Shown here: one piece after another, positions 1 to 10,101 of the stretch
How positions within the stretch are numbered: position 1 is the stretch's first letter
Layout: the number at the start of each line of letters is the position of its first letter
Origin: an uncultured Candidatus Saccharibacteria bacterium
Lineage (GTDB): Bacteria; Patescibacteriota; Minisyncoccia; UBA6257; Colwellbacteraceae
Reading direction: 5' to 3'
Assembly: GCA_964643135.1 (NCBI GenBank)
Contig: CAZXPC010000003.1
Location: 6,152-70,151, forward strand
Length of the DNA: 64,000 bases
Program-made: the position numbers and the translations under genes
Notes under the pieces: model-generated
Databases searched by the model: none
What the model saw: the letters and a program-made list of their open reading frames with translations, nothing else
Told to the model about the DNA's origin: nothing

Positions 1-369
1 GGTTGAGCCGCCCTGGAGAGCCTTGCCTCGGGTGATGTCGACGTAAATAGCACGGAGAATTCCCCTCCAGTCAAAAGCCGGCTCAGTGTAGAAAGAAGCA
101 TCTTCTACGCTAATAGTCGCATTTTTAATCGACTGGGGTATTTCGGCATCGGAAACGGTAGTTCTCTTTTCTTCACCGTGGATCTCATAAAGGAGGGTTG
201 CGCCGGTTCGGTCGTATATTTTGGTCGACTCGATGACTTGCCGGTTGTTGATCTCTTCAACCGAAGGGAGACTGGACGAAATATAAAGAAACAAAGAAAG
301 GCCGGCGACCGCCGAAATGATTAATGCTATACCGCACCAGAAAAAGATTCTTTTTAATTTTTGAGGCAT
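1..369 (-). CDS. mrcA: Penicillin-binding protein 1A, N-terminal transglycosylase part (partial; gene continues beyond the window 5' edge)
   Basis: Reverse-strand ATG at 369-367. The translation reads MPQKLKRIFFWCGIALIISAVAGLSLF..EDASFY..RGKALQGGST. It has a TM anchor followed by the GT51 transglycosylase motifs (ED..FY, QGGST). There is no stop codon in the window. Confidence 0.7.
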   Translation of the reverse strand, partial: MPQKLKRIFFWCGIALIISAVAGLSLFLYISSSLPSVEEINNRQVIESTKIYDRTGATLLYEIHGEEKRTTVSDAEIPQSIKNATISVEDASFYTEPAFDWRGILRAIYVDITRGKALQGGST

Positions 370-434
370 AAAGTACCAAAGAAGGCGGGTCAACCGCCTT
401 TTAAGTATATAACATATATATTGCCTACTGCCTA

Positions 435-653
435 TTATTCATCCTCATCCCCCTCCAATGCCCACCCCGAGCGCTCATCGTCATCTTCTTCATCGAATAA
501 AGACTCATCGTCATCTTCTTCATCTTCGTCAGTCGAGCCGTCAGCATCTTCCTCCTCGAGTGATTCGCCCTCGCCGAATTCATCGTCTTCTTCCAGTTCG
601 TCTTGATCGGTTTTCAGCGACTTGGTTTTCTTCACCTCCTTTTTTATGGCCAT
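435..653 (-). CDS. Small, highly acidic hypothetical protein (Lys-rich N-terminus, poly-Asp/Glu tail)
   Basis: 72-aa ORF lying between the amidase and the PBP on the same strand. Composition is extreme (D/E runs). The opposite-strand poly-Ser ORF at 361-606 is its mirror and is less plausible. Confidence 0.35.
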   Translation of the reverse strand: MAIKKEVKKTKSLKTDQDELEEDDEFGEGESLEEEDADGSTDEDEEDDDESLFDEEDDDERSGWALEGDEDE

Positions 654-704
654 TTTTTAAAAGTGGTTATTTTTACGCAAATTATATTCAAGAACACTTC
701 TCTG

Positions 705-1967
705 TCAAGGACTGCTGACTAGTTGGGGCAGGGTGCGGCCGCAGAGATCGTTTATCTTTTTTAGCGTCAGCGGGCCGACGTAGCCCGTTGCGGGCAGGCT
801 GTTTAGAATTTGGAAACCGACCACAGCTGATCTGGTGCAGGTGCCGAAAGAGCCGCTCACCGGACAGTCATGAAGATCGGAACCGGCTGGGGGATAAGAA
901 CCAGCCTGGGCCAGAGCCAACTGCAAAGCCAGGACGCTTGGGTTGTGTCTAACTCCCGCTCCGAATTCGTCCCGCCAGACATAATTGCCGGGCGAGGGCT
1001 GTTTGTCCGGCCAGAATTTATCTGCTTCGTTCCCAAAATATTTTTTAAGGCCCACATAAGTTTGATAGGCCAGTTCTTTTATCATCATCGGGCGCGTGGC
1101 TGGATTAGCCCAAGCGGCTTCATAGATATAGCCATATTCGATCAAGGTGCTGGCCACGGTTTCTTTAAGAGTTTTATCTTCTCCCATGGCGATGAGCCAG
1201 GGGTCTTCAATAATGCCTTTGGCTTCGAGGGGTTCGTTGTTAACGGCTAAAAATTGTTTTAAGGTGTTGAAAAAGCTTTTTGAAAGTTCAGAACTAGCCA
1301 CGTAGTTGGGCATCTCTTTGGCGGCGGTATAAATAGTAAATCCGGAATATTTGCCGGTTTGATTTAAGCGTCTTCCGCCGTAATCGTTAAAGTGAATATG
1401 CAAAACTAAATTGATATTATTCTCATCCACCCATTTATTAATGCCGTAGAGTTTGATCGAGTTTTCGTCGCTCGCATAATTGTGGTCGATCGGGTCGCTG
1501 AAATTAACGCCGCTCGCGATTTCGGCGTTGGTGCGCTGAATCGCTTGGTCGCGGAAAGTCCGGATGGATCCGTCCTGGTCTTTCAGGTAGGAGGCAAAAG
1601 GTTCGAGGTAGCCTGAAACGTTTCGGGTAATAAATGTTTCAAAGTGGCTGTCGGCGCTTAAAATCTTAAAAAGAGCTTGGCCGACCTGCAGGTTCAAATC
1701 AGCCTCCTTCAGCCCTTGGAACTGCGTGCCTCCAGAAGCCGGGTTGTCATCGTGGCCCGGGACGATCAGCACTCTAAACTTGTGTTGGTTATAGATATCG
1801 AGAGCGGCCGAGTTGATGTCGGCAGCCAGCTGCGCATAATCTGGTTTAGTCAGGCTGGGGAAAAACCGAGGAATGAAAATAAAGGCTAAAAATAAAAAAA
1901 TAGCAAAAGACATGAAACCGAGAAGCAAGAATCTTTGAAGAGTTATTTTCTTGGCTTTGATAAGCAT
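705..1967 (-). CDS. N-acetylmuramoyl-L-alanine amidase (Amidase_3 family) with a C-terminal peptidoglycan-binding domain
   Basis: Contains VLIVPGHDDNPASGG..EADLNLQVGQAL...TRN and LVLHIHFND, matching the Amidase_3 zinc-site pattern. There is an N-terminal TM segment. The C-terminus (GFQILNSLPATGYVGPLTLKKI) resembles PG_binding_1. Confidence 0.65.
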   Translation of the reverse strand: MLIKAKKITLQRFLLLGFMSFAIFLFLAFIFIPRFFPSLTKPDYAQLAADINSAALDIYNQHKFRVLIVPGHDDNPASGGTQFQGLKEADLNLQVGQALFKILSADSHFETFITRNVSGYLEPFASYLKDQDGSIRTFRDQAIQRTNAEIASGVNFSDPIDHNYASDENSIKLYGINKWVDENNINLVLHIHFNDYGGRRLNQTGKYSGFTIYTAAKEMPNYVASSELSKSFFNTLKQFLAVNNEPLEAKGIIEDPWLIAMGEDKTLKETVASTLIEYGYIYEAAWANPATRPMMIKELAYQTYVGLKKYFGNEADKFWPDKQPSPGNYVWRDEFGAGVRHNPSVLALQLALAQAGSYPPAGSDLHDCPVSGSFGTCTRSAVVGFQILNSLPATGYVGPLTLKKINDLCGRTLPQLVSSP

Positions 1968-1972
1968 GATTT

Positions 1973-2437
1973 TTAAATATCAAAGGAAGCTCTGAGCGCT
2001 ATGGCTAATGCATCAAAGGCGTCGTCCGGCAGCGAACTGGCTTTTATGCCCAAATTGAGCGAGACGACTCTTTCCATAGATTTTTTGTCGCTTTGGCCGT
2101 AGCCGGAGACAGTCATTTTAATGTTATTCGGCGAGAACTCTTTGATGACGACGTTTGACTTGGCTAAGGCCAACATGATGGCGCCGCGGGCTTCAGCGAC
2201 TTGAAGCGCAGTTTTCTTGTTGGTCGAGAAAAATAATGTTTCCAAACCGGCCGCGTCGGGCCTATACTTCTTGATTAATTTTCCCAGATCTTTATCAATC
2301 GCCAGCAGTTTTTCGCTTTGGCTAACTTTCCCGGTTCTGATTACGCCATAGTCAATTAAGCGAGTTTTGCCTTTGTTTTTTTCGATTACACCAAAGCCGA
2401 CAATAGTTGTGCCTGGGTCAATGCCGAGAATGATCAT
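1973..2437 (-). CDS. ruvC: Crossover junction endodeoxyribonuclease RuvC
   Basis: N-terminus is MIILGIDPGTTIVGFGVIE. The length (154 aa) and acidic catalytic residues are typical of RuvC. Confidence 0.9.
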   Translation of the reverse strand: MIILGIDPGTTIVGFGVIEKNKGKTRLIDYGVIRTGKVSQSEKLLAIDKDLGKLIKKYRPDAAGLETLFFSTNKKTALQVAEARGAIMLALAKSNVVIKEFSPNNIKMTVSGYGQSDKKSMERVVSLNLGIKASSLPDDAFDALAIALRASFDI

Positions 2438-2455
2438 TCTTTAATTATACGCGAA

Positions 2456-2977
2456 TTATATATTTGAGTAGATTTCTTTAATGTCGCCTCTCTCTTCTAA
2501 GTCCTCGATTAGGTCAGCGATCTTGGCGCGAGCGCCTTCCGAAACTTCTTGTTTGTATTTGGGGATGTAGCCAGCTTCAGTCTTGTCGAAACTCCAAAGC
2601 AGGCTGCCTGGCGTGGCGAGTTTTATTGCGTGGTCGTTGAGGGTGATTTTAATTTCGTTTAGGGTTCTGGGCTTGTTGTCAGTGAGGCTTTCAATAATGA
2701 TGCCGGCGCCTTCGGGGCCGTAGGCTTCGATTAAGACTTCTTCCAAATCGCCGCTTTCCTTAGCACGCTTAAGCGCCCGTTCTATATTTTCAGCGGGCAT
2801 GTTTTCTTTTTTGGCCCGTTCGATGTGGCTGCGGAGAGTGGGGTTAAAGTCGGGATTAGGCTCTTTTTTCGCGGCCGCTGAAATTAAATTCGAAAGCTTC
2901 GAAAAAGTTCGCGCTTTAATTGCGTCGACCCTCCCCTTGCCTGTCTTTATCTGCGACCATTTATTGTGACCTGACAT
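2456..2977 (-). CDS. yebC: YebC/PmpR family DNA-binding transcriptional regulator
   Basis: N-terminus is MSGHNKWSQIKTGKG followed by the conserved YebC core. Confidence 0.85.
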   Translation of the reverse strand: MSGHNKWSQIKTGKGRVDAIKARTFSKLSNLISAAAKKEPNPDFNPTLRSHIERAKKENMPAENIERALKRAKESGDLEEVLIEAYGPEGAGIIIESLTDNKPRTLNEIKITLNDHAIKLATPGSLLWSFDKTEAGYIPKYKQEVSEGARAKIADLIEDLEERGDIKEIYSNI

Positions 2978-3053
2978 GTCTTGAACTATATCAATTTATT
3001 AAAAACTTACCAATCCAAGTTTCGACAGCCTTATTTGTGTTAAAATGATTTAA

Positions 3054-4712
3054 ATGCCCATTGATGATTCTGATGTTACGCTAAAACTTAAACGCATTCA
3101 GCTTGAGGCGGAAGAACGCGAAGCCGAAAGGATAGCGGCTTCATACAACCTGCCCTATCTTTCAAGCGGTTCTTTGTCGCCTCAGCTAGAGGCTTTGCGG
3201 ATGGTTTCCGAAACAGAGGCGCGGAACGCCAAAGCGGCGGCTATAAAGTTACAAAAAAAGGAATTGGTTTTGGTTGTAGAAAATCCCAAACTAGCGGCCA
3301 CGGCTCAATTGATTGAACGGCTCCGCAATTCCGGCTATTTGATTAATTTATATGCAGTTTCTTTTTCAACTCTCAAGAGGCTTTGGGAGCATTACAGCGA
3401 GATTATTGAAACGCCGCACGAAATCACTTCGGAGATCGAAATAAGCAGTTCTGATTTTGCGAAAATCAACGGAGATATCAAAAACCTTGATAGTATCAGG
3501 GGGTACTGCGCGAAATTCGCTGGACTTTCCACGACCGATCTTCTTTCATTTATTTTCGGCGCCGCTATTGTTATCGGCGCGTCTGATGTTCACTTCGAGG
3601 CTGAGGAATCTTTGGTCAGGCTGAGGCTGCGAGTCGACGGAATTCTAAACGATATCTGCGAATTTCCGCTTGAGAATTATAAACAAGTTTTAAATCGAAT
3701 AAAATTATTGGCCGGTCTAAAGATCAACATTACCGACAGTCCGCAAGACGGCCGATTTACGATTAAGGTTGGCAAAACAGAAGTCGAAATACGCGCGGCT
3801 ATAAGCCCGTCTGAATTCGGTGAAGTTATTGTCATGAGAATTTTGAACCCGAATGAGATTGTTTTGAGTTTGGGAGAATTAGGACTCCGAAAAGACGACG
3901 AAGACGTTGCTCTCCGCGAAATTAAAAAACCAAATGGCATGATATTGGTTACCGGACCAACCGGCAGCGGTAAAACGACTACGCTCTACGCCTTTTTGAA
4001 GAAAGTTTCTAATCCGGAAATAAAAGTGATTACAATCGAAGATCCGATTGAGTATCGATTGGTTGGCATTGAGCAAACTCAAGTTGAGGCTAAGAGTGGC
4101 TACACTTTTGCGTCCGGCCTGCGATCTATTCTAAGGCAAGATCCGGACGTTATCTTAGTCGGTGAAATCAGGGATTTCGAAACGGCTGAAATTGCTATGA
4201 ATGCGTCGCTAACCGGGCACCTCGTTTTCTCAACTTTACACACCAATAATTCAGTAGGTGCTATTCCGAGGCTGATTGATCTGGGGATCAAGCCTTCGAT
4301 TATCGGCCCGGCGCTGACACTCATAATCGCGCAAAGGTTGGTGCGGAAAATTTGCCCATTTTGCCGCAAGCAATCCGAGACGACTCGGGATTTGAGCGCT
4401 AAAATAGCGAAGCTTAAAAAGACTTTGCCGACCAAGGTTCAGAATTATAACCCCACTGATGTGGTTTACGACGCGGTTGGCTGTGACAAGTGCCACGGCG
4501 GGTATAAGGGGCGAATTGGCATTTACGAGCTTTTGGAATTAACCGGAGAATACGAATCATTAATAAATAAAGATGCCACTGAATATTCAATTCGTGAATT
4601 TGCCTTGAAAAAAGGATTGGTTGAAATGCAAAAAGATGGAATTTTGAAAGTTTTGGCGGGGATGACAACGTTTGAAGAGGTGGAGAAGGCCACCGGTCCT
4701 CTCGAGTGGTAG
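3054..4712 (+). CDS. pilB: Type IV pilus assembly / type II secretion ATPase (PilB/GspE family)
   Basis: Walker A is VTGPTGSGKTTTLYAF. Asp-box and His-box regions are present. The C-terminus has a tetracysteine zinc motif (CPFC...CDKC). Length is 552 aa. Confidence 0.9.
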   Translation: MPIDDSDVTLKLKRIQLEAEEREAERIAASYNLPYLSSGSLSPQLEALRMVSETEARNAKAAAIKLQKKELVLVVENPKLAATAQLIERLRNSGYLINLYAVSFSTLKRLWEHYSEIIETPHEITSEIEISSSDFAKINGDIKNLDSIRGYCAKFAGLSTTDLLSFIFGAAIVIGASDVHFEAEESLVRLRLRVDGILNDICEFPLENYKQVLNRIKLLAGLKINITDSPQDGRFTIKVGKTEVEIRAAISPSEFGEVIVMRILNPNEIVLSLGELGLRKDDEDVALREIKKPNGMILVTGPTGSGKTTTLYAFLKKVSNPEIKVITIEDPIEYRLVGIEQTQVEAKSGYTFASGLRSILRQDPDVILVGEIRDFETAEIAMNASLTGHLVFSTLHTNNSVGAIPRLIDLGIKPSIIGPALTLIIAQRLVRKICPFCRKQSETTRDLSAKIAKLKKTLPTKVQNYNPTDVVYDAVGCDKCHGGYKGRIGIYELLELTGEYESLINKDATEYSIREFALKKGLVEMQKDGILKVLAGMTTFEEVEKATGPLEW

Positions 4713-5333
4713 TTAGCCCAGATGGGCGTGGTCGTTCCAGGTAACCAGTTTCCACTTATCGTCTTTCCATTCACAAAGAGTTATGCCGGTGTTGCTGGCT
4801 ACAAAGAAGGCTGCAGATCTTTTTAGATGGTCGGGTTCCAGATTGTCTCCGAATTCCATGACACAAACTAAGGCCCGCAGGAATAATCCATGAGTTACAA
4901 GTAGAACATTTTCGCGGTCCGTCCCTTTTATGTATTCCAATGCTTTAATAGCCCGGGCGCGGAATTCAAAAAAAGTTTCTTCGTTGGAATGCCGGTAATT
5001 CGGGTTGTGCCAGTTGTCTCTAATGGTTTTTCTAATGGCGGTGATGGCGGGGTCAGCTTCTAATTTGCCAAGGATTTCGCTTGGACGCTTAATTTCCTGG
5101 AAAAGAGGAGAGGTTTCAACGGGTTTTTTAATTGCCAGACCGATTGTTTCGGCTGTTTGCTTTGCTCTTTGAAACGGGCTCGCTAAAATAGCGTCGATCG
5201 GAATTTTTGTGAAACGAGTCGCTATAAATTGGGCTTGTTTAAGACCGGTCGGCGAAAGGTTAGTTTCTGGATGCTGGTGCGTGCCGGCTTCGTTACCTTC
5301 ACTTTCGCCGTGGCGGACTAAATAAAGTTTCAT
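4713..5333 (-). CDS. Histidine phosphatase family protein (phosphoglycerate mutase-like)
   Basis: The N-terminal motif LYLVRHGESEGN is the RHG catalytic signature. Length is 206 aa. Confidence 0.85.
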   Translation of the reverse strand: MKLYLVRHGESEGNEAGTHQHPETNLSPTGLKQAQFIATRFTKIPIDAILASPFQRAKQTAETIGLAIKKPVETSPLFQEIKRPSEILGKLEADPAITAIRKTIRDNWHNPNYRHSNEETFFEFRARAIKALEYIKGTDRENVLLVTHGLFLRALVCVMEFGDNLEPDHLKRSAAFFVASNTGITLCEWKDDKWKLVTWNDHAHLG

Positions 5334-5822
5334 ATGTCAAAATTATAACAGTATAGAAAGATATTCACAGTTGATCGCTGGTATTGTTATCAAAAAGGTA
5401 TAGGATGGGGTTAAGAACTCAACCAATTTATTTTTGCAAAGCAACTAGCTTGATCTGATCTGCGAATGAAAAACGTAGGTCTGCGGGCAATTTCCTTTCG
5501 AGGGGAAGCATGCTCAACGCATTAATAAAAACGGTTGAGTTTAGAATTTTTCCGAGGAGTAACCCAGCCGGAGCCAAATTATCCGTTTACTAAGAAAGAA
5601 TTCGCTGCCCGCAGGCCTACACTTTCTATTCCTTTATATCGGCTATATCCTAACATAGCGCCATACCCTTGTCAAGGGCTAGGCGGCCATTACCGATCTT
5701 CCTTCGAAACCCAATTTCCCCTTCGTCACCACAGATAATTTCTACTGAAATTTCTTCTTCTCGACGCCTTCGCGTCTCCGAGAGGCTCCTCAGAGCAAAT
5801 TGGGTTTCTTCGTATGTCATGA

Positions 5823-5941
5823 ATAAGCCCGACCTTGTTCCATGAAGGGAATCTGCGCAAGCCCGTGAAGACGGGTGAGCAAAAACAAAAATCTCAGCAG
5901 AGATTTATTGTGTTTCCCGGAATGGGATGAGGGAGGGCGAG
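5823..5941 (-). repeat. Copy A of a dispersed intergenic repeat core (119 bp), about 95% identical to 33124-33243; lies in a 620-bp ORF-free spacer
   Basis: The reverse complement of 5823-5941 aligns to 33124-33243 with only a handful of substitutions. Those substitutions are concentrated in a hairpin (AAATCTC-TGCT-GAGATTT here, AATTTCT-TGCT-AGAAATT in copy B). Confidence 0.8.
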
Positions 5942-5960
5942 TTTACCTCGAGTTTTACCG

Positions 5961-7406
5961 CTATTTAATCCCATGCGCCTGCGATTCCCGGTAACCCCCT
6001 TCGGTGATTCTTATAAATTCTGCATTTTTTTGGAAAGTATCGATATCCTTAGCGCCTAAGTAACTCATGCTCGATCGAAAGCCGGCGAGCGTGTCTTTTA
6101 AAATAACGGCAACGTCGCCTTTGAATGGCACTTTACCCGACTTTCCTTCCGGGGCGCGGTAAAGACCATCAGAAGTTTTGTGTTCTTTGCGGAGTTTGTC
6201 TTCGAAGCTCTCGCGTGAGGCTCCACCGCGATAAATTTTATAAGCTTGGCCGGAATCCATTATATACTCGCCTGGTGATTCTTTGGTGCCGGAGATAATA
6301 CTGCCAACCATAACTGTGTTAGCGCCGGCAGCGATAGCTTTGGCTAAGTCTCCTGAGTTCCTTATGCCGCCGTCTCCTATGATTGGTACACCATATTTTT
6401 TAGCGGCGGCGGCGCAGAGTTGAATGGCGGTTAGCTGCGGCACGCCGACGCCGGTTACGACCCTAGTGATGCAAGTTGCCCCCGGGCCGATGCCAATCTT
6501 AACGCAATCAGCACCGGCTTTGATCAAATCAACTGTGCCCTGTGGCGTAGCGACATTGCCGGCCACCAGTTCAACGTGCTTAAGGTTTTTTCTAATAGTT
6601 TTCAGAGCATTAATGGCTCGTTCATTGTGCCCGTGCGCCACGTCCATGACTAGAACGTCGCAGCCGGCGTCAACAAGCAGTCCGGCGCGTTCTAAATAGT
6701 CTTCGTTGACGCCCACTGCCGCGCCAACTAGCAAGTGCCCGCTTTTGTCCTTGGCCGCATCGGGATAGAGCGTCTTTTTAACAATGTCGGTGGCGGTAAT
6801 TAGGCCTTTTAAGATACCCTTTTTGTCGACTAAGGGCAGTTTCTCAATCTTATTTCTGCGGAGCACTAGTTTGGCCTCATCTATCTTGATGCCCATTGGT
6901 GCAGTCACAACTTTCTTAGTCATGACGTCACCTATCTTTTTATTCAGATCAGTTTCAAAGCTCACATCGCGGTGAGTTATAATACCGATTACTCGTTTTT
7001 TATCATCGACAACGATTAGGCCCGAGACATTATTCTTGTCAGTAAATTTTTTAACGTCGAGGAGAGTTTTGTCGCTCGTAATTGTGTGCGGATTTTCGAT
7101 GATTACTCCTTCAGACCGCTTAACTTTCTCAACTTCGCGAGCCTGATCAATCTTATCCATAAAACGATGGATCACGCCCAGCCCTCCCATGTGTGCAAAA
7201 GCTTTAGCCATTTCGGACTCAGTCACTGTATCCATGTTCGCACTAACGAGCGGAATATTCAGATCAATATTGCGGCTAAATTTAGTTTTGGTTGAGGCAT
7301 CGCGGCGGGAATAGACATCAGATCGGCGCGGAACCAAAAGAACGTCATCAAATGTTAAGAATTCTTTTGATGAGTTTATGTTGCGATCTGAGAAGTAGTT
7401 CGACAT
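5961..7406 (-). CDS. guaB: Inosine-5'-monophosphate dehydrogenase
   Basis: [34 protein letters not shown] marks the catalytic Cys loop. There is a CBS-pair insertion. Length is 481 aa. Confidence 0.95.
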   Translation of the reverse strand: MSNYFSDRNINSSKEFLTFDDVLLVPRRSDVYSRRDASTKTKFSRNIDLNIPLVSANMDTVTESEMAKAFAHMGGLGVIHRFMDKIDQAREVEKVKRSEGVIIENPHTITSDKTLLDVKKFTDKNNVSGLIVVDDKKRVIGIITHRDVSFETDLNKKIGDVMTKKVVTAPMGIKIDEAKLVLRRNKIEKLPLVDKKGILKGLITATDIVKKTLYPDAAKDKSGHLLVGAAVGVNEDYLERAGLLVDAGCDVLVMDVAHGHNERAINALKTIRKNLKHVELVAGNVATPQGTVDLIKAGADCVKIGIGPGATCITRVVTGVGVPQLTAIQLCAAAAKKYGVPIIGDGGIRNSGDLAKAIAAGANTVMVGSIISGTKESPGEYIMDSGQAYKIYRGGASRESFEDKLRKEHKTSDGLYRAPEGKSGKVPFKGDVAVILKDTLAGFRSSMSYLGAKDIDTFQKNAEFIRITEGGYRESQAHGIK

Positions 7407-7457
7407 CTATAAGTATAACAAAAACCTCTTTCCATGTCAGTGTGCTAAAATAAATGA

Positions 7458-8729
7458 ATGGCTAACCAACAATTGGTAGATTACATCCAGGGGCAGCTAC
7501 AAAGGGGTGTAACCGAGATACAAATAAGGGAAATTTTGGCAGCGAACAATTGGCAGGCCAGAGACGTGGATGAGGCGTTCGTGTCCATTAACATGGGTGC
7601 GTCCATTAAGCCGGCTCAGGGCTATCGTAAAAGGAATAGGCTTTTGAGCGTTTGGCTCGGCTTCATGATAATTAGCTATAGCTTAATTATAGTTCTAATT
7701 TTTTTGGCGAAACTAGTATCGCCATTACTTAATCTTTTGACCGTTCTAGCTACCCTTGGTACATCGAGTTTTGATTTCGGCGCGTATGCAATAATTCTCC
7801 AATATTCAATCATCGCCTCTGTTTTTGGCATTTTGTGCGTCGTCTTCTTGTTTAGATGGCAGAAGTGGCCGTTTTGGTTTATTTGCTTTATGGCCGCAGC
7901 CGGATTGATTTTCAGCCTAATTTTTTCGCCTAACCATTCTTGGCTCAGCATTTCGGCCGTAATCATTTCAAGCATATTAAGCACCCTCCTCTTGTACCTG
8001 ATCCTAAAACCTCAGTGGCAATACTTTGAGAATAATATTCCCAAACCGAAAGACGCCGCTATTTTTGCGATAATAGGCGTTTTAGTGTCCGGCGGATTAA
8101 TATTATTATTTAATAATATCGGTTTTTCCGGTGGATCAGCCCTTTGTCCAGCTGATAGTTACAAAATTGTCGAAAGAAACAATGAGTTCACTGATGAAAA
8201 CATAGGAACTGCCCAAGCCGCCGACCATGAATATTGCGGAGTTTATAAAAGTTCCTACCCATATGTTTATGAGCACGCTGATTATGAGCGTGTTGATCAG
8301 CTCGATCAATTCAAGTTCCAGATATATCCGCCGGCGGGTTGGATTGTTAAGGATTCCCGGTCAGTTCTAAATAGCGCCGCTTCTACTATAAGTGATGATT
8401 CAGGCTCGGCTGGCTTGGAAATTGAAACCAATCACCCTTCGCCGAGAGGCTTGGATTTGGACGGATATATCAAAGATGACTATGTACGGCTGATGGAGAT
8501 GGTGGGAGAAACTTTGGATTCAAAATATATCACTATTTCGGGCGAGAGGGCTTATTGGCGCGCTTTTAGGAACGACGGCTCTGGCGCCTATGGCAAAGGA
8601 GAGCAACTATTTGTTATCCATAATCAATATGCGTATATCGTGACCGCCGGAGTGGCGGCAGAAGAGGATTGGGATAAATATAAAGATGTTTTGGAAAAAT
8701 CGTTGTTGAGTTTCGAAATACTTAAGTAA
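7458..8729 (+). CDS. Hypothetical membrane protein (soluble N-terminal domain, about 5 TM helices, C-terminal extracytoplasmic domain)
   Basis: ORF only. It has a hydrophobic core. No recognisable family. Confidence 0.5.
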   Translation: MANQQLVDYIQGQLQRGVTEIQIREILAANNWQARDVDEAFVSINMGASIKPAQGYRKRNRLLSVWLGFMIISYSLIIVLIFLAKLVSPLLNLLTVLATLGTSSFDFGAYAIILQYSIIASVFGILCVVFLFRWQKWPFWFICFMAAAGLIFSLIFSPNHSWLSISAVIISSILSTLLLYLILKPQWQYFENNIPKPKDAAIFAIIGVLVSGGLILLFNNIGFSGGSALCPADSYKIVERNNEFTDENIGTAQAADHEYCGVYKSSYPYVYEHADYERVDQLDQFKFQIYPPAGWIVKDSRSVLNSAASTISDDSGSAGLEIETNHPSPRGLDLDGYIKDDYVRLMEMVGETLDSKYITISGERAYWRAFRNDGSGAYGKGEQLFVIHNQYAYIVTAGVAAEEDWDKYKDVLEKSLLSFEILK

Positions 8730-8773
8730 AAAAAGATGGGCCGCGCGTTTGATTTGCGCTAAGCCCAAGATCG

Positions 8774-8953
8774 TTACACCGAGACTGCCACGAATCCGGC
8801 TGATAAGAATGAAAGGGTCAAGCCCACGAAGAATGAGAGCTTGTTATCGTTGGTCATTCCAACCGACATCATCGCGGTGCCCACAGTAAGACCCAGCAGA
8901 CCGATTCCAATCAGGATGTTCATAATTGAATCGCCAAAATTATTGTGACCCAT
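8774..8953 (-). CDS. Small (59 aa) two-helix membrane protein, hypothetical
   Basis: Hand-translated: MGHNNFGDSIMNILIGIGLLGLTVGTAMMSVGMTNDNKLSFFVGLTLSFLSAGFVAVSV. It falls below the ORF-track length cutoff. Confidence 0.3.
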   Translation of the reverse strand: MGHNNFGDSIMNILIGIGLLGLTVGTAMMSVGMTNDNKLSFFVGLTLSFLSAGFVAVSV

Positions 8954-9075
8954 TGGAGATGGGGTGTCAAGTGGTATTCGCCTCTTTATTAGTGGCTAGC
9001 CCCCACACCTAAAATGTGTGTTAAAAATGATGGCTGGGCTGGAGGTTTCTTAGGTGTGGGGGTACAATTTCACTA

Positions 9076-10101
9076 ATGGCTAAGGAGAAAATTAAGAAAA
9101 TTGAGGCTAAGCCCAAAGGGACTCAGGCTGACGAGCAAACTATCGATTCAATTCTACGGCCTTCGGAGTGGGATGAATATATTGGCCAGGAGAATGTTAA
9201 AAAGAATCTCCGCATAATTTTGTCGGCAGCTAAAAAGCGCAAGGAGCCGGTCGACCACCTTTTGTTTTATGGACAAGCTGGGCTTGGTAAAACTACCTTA
9301 GCTAACCTGGTCGCTAAAGACATGGGTGTGCCGATTAAGATCACGACCGGCCCGGCAATTGAGAAGATGGGCGACCTGGCCGCGATTCTTTCCAACCTCG
9401 AACCAAATGATATTTTGTTTGTTGATGAGATACACCGCTTAAATAGACTTGTCGAAGAGGTTCTCTATCCCGCGATGGAAAGCCGCAAGCTTCACATTGT
9501 GATCGGCAAAGGCGCGGGGGCACGAACTATTTCATTAGATTTGCCGGCCTTTACGCTAGTCGGTGCCACAACCCGTGTTAATTTGCTTTCAGAACCGCTT
9601 CGATCGCGTTTCGGCGCTATTTTACGCCTCGACTACTACAACGAAGCGGACATCGAAAAGATTATTGAACGCTCGGCCAAGATCTTGAAGATGAGGATTG
9701 AACCAGAAGCCTTAAAAATTTTAGCCAAGGCCTGCCGCTTTACGCCGAGAATTGCCAACCGCTTGCTGAAACGCGTACGCGACTATGCGGAAGTAGGCGG
9801 GCATAAATCCATAACTGCAGATGTGGCGCGTAAAACAATGGAAGTTTTGGAAATTGATTCACTCGGCCTTGAGCTCTATGACCGAATTTTATTACAAACT
9901 ATTATTGACAAATATAACGGCGGGCCGGTCGGCGTAAACACTATGGCGGCGACCCTAAACGAAGACCGAGATACAATTGAGAATGTTTACGAGCCGTATT
10001 TAATTAAGCTAGGGCTTTTGAAACGGACGCCATCTGGCCGGGTTGTTGAGCCCTTGGCCTACGAACACTTATCTAAAAAGAAAAAAGAAAGTTTGTTTTA
10101 A
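9076..10101 (+). CDS. ruvB: Holliday junction branch migration helicase RuvB
   Basis: Walker A is LLFYGQAGLGKTTLANLVA. AAA+ domain followed by a winged helix. Length is 341 aa. Confidence 0.95.
   Translation: MAKEKIKKIEAKPKGTQADEQTIDSILRPSEWDEYIGQENVKKNLRIILSAAKKRKEPVDHLLFYGQAGLGKTTLANLVAKDMGVPIKITTGPAIEKMGDLAAILSNLEPNDILFVDEIHRLNRLVEEVLYPAMESRKLHIVIGKGAGARTISLDLPAFTLVGATTRVNLLSEPLRSRFGAILRLDYYNEADIEKIIERSAKILKMRIEPEALKILAKACRFTPRIANRLLKRVRDYAEVGGHKSITADVARKTMEVLEIDSLGLELYDRILLQTIIDKYNGGPVGVNTMAATLNEDRDTIENVYEPYLIKLGLLKRTPSGRVVEPLAYEHLSKKKKESLF

Noticed and set aside
361-606. Plus-strand 81-aa poly-Ser ORF
   Set aside because: It is the mirror image of the minus-strand acidic ORF and has low complexity. 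It also overlaps the start of the PBP gene on the other strand. The minus-strand reading fits the operon direction better.
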